In this document: positions 57,874-64,000 of the stretch, in pieces | How positions within the stretch are numbered: the first letter of the stretch is position 1 | Layout: the number at the start of each line of letters is the position of its first letter | DNA from: an uncultured Candidatus Saccharibacteria bacterium | GTDB lineage: Bacteria > Patescibacteriota > Saccharimonadia > Saccharimonadales > UBA7683 | Assembly: GCA_964632215.1 (NCBI GenBank) | Contig: CAZWBG010000001.1 | Coordinates: 46,589 to 110,588 of the forward strand | Direction: 5' to 3' | DNA: 64,000 bases | Translations under genes and position numbers: made by a program | The notes under the pieces: generated by a model | Told to the model about the DNA's origin: nothing | Databases searched by the model: none | The model's input: the letters and a program-made list of their open reading frames with translations, nothing else

Positions 57874-57910
57874 AAAGCAGAGTGCTACTAAACGGCACCC
57901 TGCTTTTATT
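57874..57910. terminator. bidirectional rho-independent terminator
   Basis: aaagcagagtgc-tactaaacg-gcaccctgcttt flanked by A-run and T-run, between convergent genes. Confidence 0.6.
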
Positions 57911-57936
57911 TGGAGTGAGATGAGGCAGTAGTCCCC

Positions 57937-58290
57937 TTATTTACTCCGAAGGATCTTTTCCATGGGTTTGCCTTTAGCTAGTTCATCGATTAGTTTATCA
58001 AGGTAACGGATTTCTTGCATAGTTGGCTCTTTGATATCTTCTACACGAATACCGCAAACTACACCAGTAATTAATTTTCGTGACGGGTTCATCTTAGGAG
58101 CTCTTGCAAAGAATGTTTCAAAGTCTGTTTCTTGTTCCAACTCTAACTCTAGTTCTCTTTGGTTATATCCTGTCAGCCAAATAATGATTTCATCAACCTC
58201 TGTCTTGGTTCGTTCTTTCTTTTCAGCCTTTGTAATGTAATGTGGGTAAATACTTGCGAAGCTGACTGTATAAATTCGATGTTTTTCCAT
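57937..58290 (-). CDS. DUF2200 family protein
   Basis: [42 protein letters not shown] ... [21 protein letters not shown] matches my memory of DUF2200 proteins. Confidence 0.7.
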   Translation of the reverse strand: MEKHRIYTVSFASIYPHYITKAEKKERTKTEVDEIIIWLTGYNQRELELELEQETDFETFFARAPKMNPSRKLITGVVCGIRVEDIKEPTMQEIRYLDKLIDELAKGKPMEKILRSK

Positions 58291-58370
58291 GATTGTATTT
58301 TAACATGCAGAAATTTGCTTCAAAGTTATGTAACGTGATCAAGTTCAGCAAAGATTTTTTTAAACGTATG

Positions 58371-59531
58371 TTACCAGTCAAAGTCTGCGGTAGCGGTTTT
58401 TGGTCTTGATCTAGGAGTGCTTGCTTGAAGATCGGGGTCTCGTAGATTAATTTCGTCTTCATTTTTGTCTGGGTTAGTCTCTTTAGCAACACTGCGTGAT
58501 TCAGCTATACAAATCGCTATGGATTTTGCTCGCTGGACCACTTCTTTACTTAGTCCTTGGTAGTGAATTCCTTGACCACAGGTATGACCATTCTTAGTAG
58601 ATTGTGTATGGTATTTATCTAATGGGCACAACGCATCAGTTGTCATAACAAAAACTTGTTCAGAAATGTTCATCGCAGCCTTCCGCAGATCTTCGTTACC
58701 GACATATATCTCTCTCAGAAGATCCTCTATATATGGAATAATGGTTGTATCAAAAATACTGTGTGAGTTCATAACATAACCAATACCCGTACTATCTTTA
58801 TAGACCTTACCCCACCTAAAACGTTTTGGATCTTCAGGATCAACAACTAAATCAGGTATCGATTCTAGCTCTGTGCTTAGCTCCATGTGTTGTATGTCCT
58901 CACTAGTTCCGTATACTGCCCTCATTAAGGTACGTCCGTAGCCGTTGAATACATTTGCATCGCGTGCTCCAGATATCTTAACCTGATAGTCTCCCTTCAT
59001 CGCAAGCTGGGCTACGCTACGACGCACGGCAAATCGGTGCAACATTTCTACACCTGCTGAGTCCTTCTTTTCAAACTTATACATATCCGGATCGCCAAAG
59101 GTAGTAATCTCATCGTCTTCGAACAAGTTTTTTACTAGCCCCTTAAAGTTTCTAACGACCTCAGTTCGACGTATTCCGAGATCTCCGTGAACTCGAAGCA
59201 TGTCACTGTAGGTTACGAAGGTAGGTAGATACCGAGCTTTTACTAAGATAGGGTGGTGTGGGCCGCTAAAGTAAAAAGCTTGAGCCGATGAATCAAGCTC
59301 ACCTATCGTTGTTGGGCCGATAAGTTCCTTAATGGTAAGTCGTGGTAATCCTTCAAGTTCTATGTCTGCGAGTCGCAAGAACTCCTCTGTAGTAGGAGTG
59401 ACAACTCTAGCGTTGATGGCCTCTTTGGCTTCAGGCGGCATATTAGCAAAGACAAATTGACCCAGCGCTTCACCTGAATATCTTGTGCCGTAGACGTATT
59501 CTGCTGATCCGCCATATCTTGGACTCTTCAT
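58371..59531 (-). CDS. hypothetical protein
   Basis: 386-aa ORF; no family recognised. Confidence 0.55.
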   Translation of the reverse strand: MKSPRYGGSAEYVYGTRYSGEALGQFVFANMPPEAKEAINARVVTPTTEEFLRLADIELEGLPRLTIKELIGPTTIGELDSSAQAFYFSGPHHPILVKARYLPTFVTYSDMLRVHGDLGIRRTEVVRNFKGLVKNLFEDDEITTFGDPDMYKFEKKDSAGVEMLHRFAVRRSVAQLAMKGDYQVKISGARDANVFNGYGRTLMRAVYGTSEDIQHMELSTELESIPDLVVDPEDPKRFRWGKVYKDSTGIGYVMNSHSIFDTTIIPYIEDLLREIYVGNEDLRKAAMNISEQVFVMTTDALCPLDKYHTQSTKNGHTCGQGIHYQGLSKEVVQRAKSIAICIAESRSVAKETNPDKNEDEINLRDPDLQASTPRSRPKTATADFDW

Positions 59532-59570
59532 AACTACCTATTATTAATCTACAGATACAAATCAGCAAGC

Positions 59571-60350
59571 ATGAGCAAAATATGGATCCTTAACTATCTT
59601 GTTCGAATTTGCTATAGTGACAATGTGATTATCAAAAGTAAAACACGAAGAATATTTGTCGGTATCGTCGTTGTAGGCGGTTTGGTAAGTGCTATACTTT
59701 TTGCATTTTTTTCAATCACTAATTATATTGAGAATCGTAGCATTGCTTCCGCCCGAGCTACTGCTGAACACGAGGCTGACGAAAAGTTTGCCAAGTTAAA
59801 TATAGACCTGCAGATAGCTAGTATTTCTCAACAACCAAACATCTCCTCAAAAGTTGATGTGTGCTACGTCGGTCCTAAGACGGATCTCTTTGGAGGACCG
59901 AGAGAGAGCTGCTATCTTCGTTACGCAATGGCATATGCTACTGGTCTAACGTACAGCCAGATACTTGAAAAGTTGCATTCAGCACCTGTAGAACAAAGAC
60001 TCCTGGGATCACCTAATCAGAATGAGGAAGCTTACTCTGGTTCGTGTGGTTTGCTGTATCGAAACTACGATGAGAACACAGTGAGTGTTTCTTACGAGAG
60101 TTCTCATTATGTATATCCAGAATTTTGTGATCGAGCTAATAGAACTAAGGGCGCCTCTAGTACTAGGGGCGTGATTCTTGACGAAGATTTATCAGTCAAG
60201 ACATTTTATAATGACGTAGTCAAGCCTCCTGCTGAGCCACTTGCTTATATCTGGTTAATACTCGACGTTGAATACTATAATGGAGACGCTCGATGTTTCG
60301 ACCTACTCTGTATAGCGCCCCGTGGACCCCGTCACCCAGCGCTTCCCTAA
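59571..60350 (+). CDS. membrane-anchored hypothetical protein
   Basis: N-terminal TM IFVGIVVVGGLVSAILFAFF; Cys-containing extracytoplasmic domain. Confidence 0.5.
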   Translation: MSKIWILNYLVRICYSDNVIIKSKTRRIFVGIVVVGGLVSAILFAFFSITNYIENRSIASARATAEHEADEKFAKLNIDLQIASISQQPNISSKVDVCYVGPKTDLFGGPRESCYLRYAMAYATGLTYSQILEKLHSAPVEQRLLGSPNQNEEAYSGSCGLLYRNYDENTVSVSYESSHYVYPEFCDRANRTKGASSTRGVILDEDLSVKTFYNDVVKPPAEPLAYIWLILDVEYYNGDARCFDLLCIAPRGPRHPALP

Positions 60351-60445
60351 GTGGTAAAGTATGATGATTCCTGGCTATTGCGAATATGACAGTAGAGCGA
60401 CAGGTGTTCTACTGGTGGGATGCGGAATATGACGGATATTTTAAG

Positions 60446-60880
60446 CTATCTAACGAAAGCTGCCCAGTAACCGAAAACGTATATTCCACTTGCAAAGAAT
60501 ATCCCCGTGAACATCCATTTCTTGTAAATAGCTTTATCAAGATCTAGTATATAAACTGCCACAGTAGCAATAAGTACACCTGGAAATATAGGACACAAAA
60601 AAGAGAAGATTCGTAGACCGTGCCTATCTATAATAATACGGGCTTTTGCAACTTTTTTATTATCATCACCTTCTTCGAATACTCCAACGACTTTCTTTCC
60701 AACTTCTCTTTTACTTATCTTGTCCTTGAAGCGCTCATCGGTTACTCGGTTACCGATGTAAATTACCACGAAGGCAGATATTAACGAACCAAGCGCATTA
60801 CCAAGCCATACAATAATCGGTGAACTATCAACCTGAAAACTTATTGGAATTGAAGCACCGCCGAGTACTATGCATAGCAC
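60446..60880 (-). CDS. small integral membrane protein (possibly related to small multidrug export proteins)
   Basis: 4 TM. The start is probably upstream at a non-ATG codon. Weak family guess. Confidence 0.4.
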   Translation of the reverse strand: MLCIVLGGASIPISFQVDSSPIIVWLGNALGSLISAFVVIYIGNRVTDERFKDKISKREVGKKVVGVFEEGDDNKKVAKARIIIDRHGLRIFSFLCPIFPGVLIATVAVYILDLDKAIYKKWMFTGIFFASGIYVFGYWAAFVR

Positions 60881-61015
60881 AGCGATTTTAATGATATTAA
60901 AGCTCTATAACTGCATTCTACAGTATTGGGAACATGATCTGTACGGTACTGTCATTTAACTCGACTAAAGAACGGCGTTAGTACTATAATGAGGATAACT
61001 TAATAAGGAGAATAC

Positions 61016-61435
61016 ATGCGCGGACCGATAGATTACATTATTGTAGGATTCAAAGGTAATAAGTTCGACGGTAGTATTTTAAAAGCTATCGGTGATGCAA
61101 TTGATTCAGGAGCGATTAGTCTAGTGGCACTCTCGCTGATTCAAAAGAATGTTGATGACACGGTCACAGTGCTTGACGTTGCTGACTTGGGTGATGAATA
61201 CGCAGTAGAGTTTATTCAGAAATATAAAACAGATGAAGAACTTATTGTTCAGGATGATATTGATGAGGTAGCTGAGCTACTCGAGGCTAATACGAGTGCA
61301 GGACTTCTCATCGTAGAGCAGTTATGGGCAAAGCCACTTAAGAAAGCTCTTATAGATGCAAACGGCGTCTTAGTAGCAGAGGGACGTATTCACCCAGAAG
61401 CAGCAGCAGAACTTAATAACGAAGGAGAAAACTAA
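61016..61435 (+). CDS. DUF6325-like protein
   Basis: GPIDYIIVGFKGNKFDGSILKAIGDAIDSGAISLVALSLIQKNVDDTVTVLDVADL. Paired with a SHOCT protein. Family assignment from memory. Confidence 0.45.
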   Translation: MRGPIDYIIVGFKGNKFDGSILKAIGDAIDSGAISLVALSLIQKNVDDTVTVLDVADLGDEYAVEFIQKYKTDEELIVQDDIDEVAELLEANTSAGLLIVEQLWAKPLKKALIDANGVLVAEGRIHPEAAAELNNEGEN

Positions 61436-61436
61436 G

Positions 61437-61694
61437 ATGCCAGGATTATTACGCGGAGTGGCACGAACTGCAGTTATTGCAGGAACTGCGACACATGTTT
61501 CAAACAATGTAAGTCGTCGACAGGCGCAACGCTGGAATGCTGACGAGCAACAAGCTGCTCCAGCCCAGCCAGAGCCAACATCGGGTGTTAATGACCAGAT
61601 GGCTCAACTACAGCAACTGGGACAGTTGAAAGATCAGGGAATTCTTACGCAAGAAGAATTTGACGCAAAGAAAAAGCAAATACTCGGTCTGTAA
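61437..61694 (+). CDS. SHOCT-domain protein
   Basis: C-terminal LQQLGQLKDQGILTQEEFDAKKKQILGL. Confidence 0.7.
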   Translation: MPGLLRGVARTAVIAGTATHVSNNVSRRQAQRWNADEQQAAPAQPEPTSGVNDQMAQLQQLGQLKDQGILTQEEFDAKKKQILGL

Positions 61695-61789
61695 AAAATA
61701 TCCAGAGCCTTCTAAGCTGTAGTCCCTTGAAAAGGGGTTACTATAAGCGTAGAGTGAAAACGGATGGCAAATCAAACGAGCGGAGCAAT

Positions 61790-62908
61790 ATGGCGGCAAA
61801 AGCAGCATACGGCAAAAACTCACGACGCCGAAAATTGGCGCTGCTTCTTCCTGGCCATAACGAAGAAATTATTATTGCTTCCACTATCCGTTCAGCACGT
61901 GCCGCAGGCTTATCGGTAGATGACATCTATGTTGTTGATGATGATTCAAACGACAAGACACGGCGCGTAGCACTCTCCGAGCTTCCTAAGCAAAACGTAT
62001 TAACCGTAGTTCGTAGCGGTAAGGCGCGTGCGGTTAAAAAGGCACTCGATCACTTCTCGATAATTAAGCGCTACACATGGGTACATGTTGCCGATGCTGA
62101 TAGTATCTTTTGCCCCGACTACTTTCGAACTTATCGCAAGCATCTTAATATAAAACAGTGCTCAGCGGCTGTTGGCTTTGTTCAAAGTATGCGAGGTAAC
62201 TGGATTGCAACTTATCGAAGCTTTAGTTATACATACGGTCAGCATATCTTTCGGAGGATACAGTCTTGGTTTGGTGTCATTGCTATTTTGCCAGGTCCAG
62301 TAACGTGTTTCAAAACAGATATTATTAAAAGTCTTGATTTTGCTACTGAGAGTTTTACCGAAGACTTTGACCTCACATTACAAATACATCGCAAGCGGCT
62401 CGGGCGCATTCAATTCATTCCTGAGGCAGTTAACTTTACTCAAGATCCGCGAACACTGGCGGATTTTTATAAACAGACGCTACGTTGGCAAAGAGGCTTC
62501 TTTCAAGGACTCCGTAGGTATCACATTGGGCTCCGACCGCACATGATCGATTTGAGTATTGGGTATCAGGTTAGTGAAAGCGTTTATTATCTGGTGCAAC
62601 TATTCTTACTCGTACCGCTACTTTTACTTTTGACAGGACACGCCGAGAGGTTTTCGGCTATGGTACTTCTTGCAGACTTGGTTATTATTTTTTTGCTGGC
62701 TCTATTTTCGGCAATCGTGAGCCGTCGCCCGATTATACTTGTTACAATCTTCTACTTTTACTTTCTGAAGCTCGTTGAACTAGCGGCTTTTGTTCAAGCT
62801 TTTGTTGAGATTATGATACTTCGGCGATTTCATACTGTTCCGAAGGGTTGGGAAACGGAAGATCGTCGATATGAAATTCCAGCAGACAATATTGAAAGCT
62901 TGCAGTGA
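61790..62908 (+). CDS. processive family 2 glycosyltransferase (PgaC/cellulose synthase-like)
   Basis: LLPGHNEE, VDDDSND, ADADS, QTLRWQRGF (QxxRW), C-terminal TM helices. Start trimmed to ATG 61790. Confidence 0.8.
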   Translation: MAAKAAYGKNSRRRKLALLLPGHNEEIIIASTIRSARAAGLSVDDIYVVDDDSNDKTRRVALSELPKQNVLTVVRSGKARAVKKALDHFSIIKRYTWVHVADADSIFCPDYFRTYRKHLNIKQCSAAVGFVQSMRGNWIATYRSFSYTYGQHIFRRIQSWFGVIAILPGPVTCFKTDIIKSLDFATESFTEDFDLTLQIHRKRLGRIQFIPEAVNFTQDPRTLADFYKQTLRWQRGFFQGLRRYHIGLRPHMIDLSIGYQVSESVYYLVQLFLLVPLLLLLTGHAERFSAMVLLADLVIIFLLALFSAIVSRRPIILVTIFYFYFLKLVELAAFVQAFVEIMILRRFHTVPKGWETEDRRYEIPADNIESLQ

Positions 62909-64000
62909 AAGTACTTTCTACAAAGAAGAAAACATCAACTCTCATAATTGCCTGCGGTATAGTCGCCTTCTCCTACTTAGCGTATCGTATAGCTTCACTT
63001 GGTCTGCAGACTCTTCTGATCGAGCAAGCTATTGCAGATCCGCGCAGCAATGCGTCGATTGTCTGCAGCAAGGAAGAGGATAGTAATCTGACTGATCCAG
63101 CCCCACTTTTATCAGAGTCATATCAGAAGCGGGTACGAGAACAGCAGGCACTATCCCCTAATTTGGCTACGAATGCAGATCTTAAGCAAGTAGATGCGGA
63201 TCAACCAACTGGGTTTAGTCATAATGTTGAGAATGCTCAAGTAACTTACCAGCGTACAACAGACACTGATGGTCGCCTATTTCTTCGGGCGACTAGTTTG
63301 CAACCACCTTCGACGCAAAATGTTATGCCAAACTGGCAGTTTGACCCCGTTAGGATTGGCCAATATAAAACATATGCTTATAATTTTTGGTATCGTAGTG
63401 ATAGTCCTGTTGATGTAACACTAGAATACACAAAAGATGACGGACCACACTACTCCCATATTATTACACTCGAACGGACGGCGGAGTGGCGCCAAATGAC
63501 CGCACATTTTAACAATACCGAGTCGGCCAGTACATTTAGAGTGTTGCTTACAGGAACAGATGCAGGAAATGTTGACACACGTGATTATGATATTCACCAG
63601 ATTCCTGATGCAAGTCTGCGTAGTGGTACGGTGAGCGTGACCTTCGACGACGGCTGGCAGAGTACGAAAGATATGGCGCTGAAGCTTTTAGACAAATACA
63701 AAGTGCGTACAACGCAGTATGTCATTAGTGAGGTTGCTGACAGTAGTACTCCTGAATACATGGATATACGAACTATCAAGGGTCTCAAGAAAAAAGGACA
63801 TGAGATTGGGTCTCATAGCCAAACTCATTGTAATCAAACGGTACTCAGTAACACTGATATTGAAAACGATGCTCGGGGAAGTAAGTCGCAGTTAGAACAA
63901 CAAGAGCTTGGTCCAATTGATAGTTTTGCTTACCCACTCGGTCAGTACAATCAGGAGACCCAGTCGATTTACTCAAAAGTATATCCACTTGTTCGCACAT
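62905..64000 (+). CDS. polysaccharide deacetylase (NodB/CE4 domain), partial; runs off the window end
   Basis: Absent from the ORF track (no stop). My translation from GTG 62905 (GTGA overlap with the GT2 stop): N-terminal TM, then VSVTFDDGWQS and HEIGSHSQTH NodB motifs. Confidence 0.75.
   Translation, partial: MKVLSTKKKTSTLIIACGIVAFSYLAYRIASLGLQTLLIEQAIADPRSNASIVCSKEEDSNLTDPAPLLSESYQKRVREQQALSPNLATNADLKQVDADQPTGFSHNVENAQVTYQRTTDTDGRLFLRATSLQPPSTQNVMPNWQFDPVRIGQYKTYAYNFWYRSDSPVDVTLEYTKDDGPHYSHIITLERTAEWRQMTAHFNNTESASTFRVLLTGTDAGNVDTRDYDIHQIPDASLRSGTVSVTFDDGWQSTKDMALKLLDKYKVRTTQYVISEVADSSTPEYMDIRTIKGLKKKGHEIGSHSQTHCNQTVLSNTDIENDARGSKSQLEQQELGPIDSFAYPLGQYNQETQSIYSKVYPLVRT

Noticed and set aside
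57603-57923. 106-aa ORF between the Kelch protein gene and the DUF2200 gene
   Set aside because: It reads through a terminator hairpin and has no start context. A 52-aa membrane peptide ORF in another frame (57700-57858), with an SD-like AAAGGA and the terminator right after it, explains the region better.

Overview
This 64-kb window looks like a compact bacterial genome of about 43-45% GC (by eye and a few hand counts). It has many overlapping, translationally coupled genes and Gram-positive-type surface biology: a sortase, LAxTG-type substrates and a WhiB-like regulator. I infer a small-genome lineage such as Saccharibacteria/Patescibacteria, but I cannot verify that without searches. All calls rest on my own reading of the ORF track and the DNA; I ran no homology search, RNA folding or statistics.

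Backbone genes:
- Translation and RNA: gltX (partial), tRNA-Leu(CAA), tRNA-Gln(TTG), smpB, dus, queA, an rlmD-like methyltransferase.
- Repair and nucleotide sanitation: msrA, an xth/MazG-like/Nudix operon, a UvrD/AddA-like helicase-nuclease.
- Energy: the F1Fo ATP synthase operon.
- Envelope: two glycosyltransferase/glycosidase clusters, a sortase, and two predicted wall-anchored proteins.

Observations most worth a second look:
1. Downstream of tRNA-Gln (49.1-54.4 kb) lies an array of single-gene cassettes. They are separated by seven progressively degenerate copies of a junction derived from the tRNA 3' end. Each junction is followed by a hairpin, and two carry a TGnTATAAT promoter that gives a leaderless gene. 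Cargo includes an AbiH-like protein and a DUF4041/T5orf172-like protein. No integrase is visible.
2. The ATP synthase operon is interrupted twice by orphan ORFs that are translationally coupled: one between atpA and atpG, one between atpG and atpD. A small palindromic repeat lies next to the second.
3. Directly after tRNA-Leu, a 1.84-kb block of orphan ORFs is bracketed and subdivided by one family of AT-rich palindromic elements.
4. A GC-rich, ORF-free region of about 450 nt (35.5-36.0 kb) has many strong helices and an SD-sequestering hairpin.
5. Several GC-rich patches (about 51-54% in hand counts) carry an orphan dapD, a GNAT acetyltransferase and unknown small proteins, which suggests horizontal acquisition.
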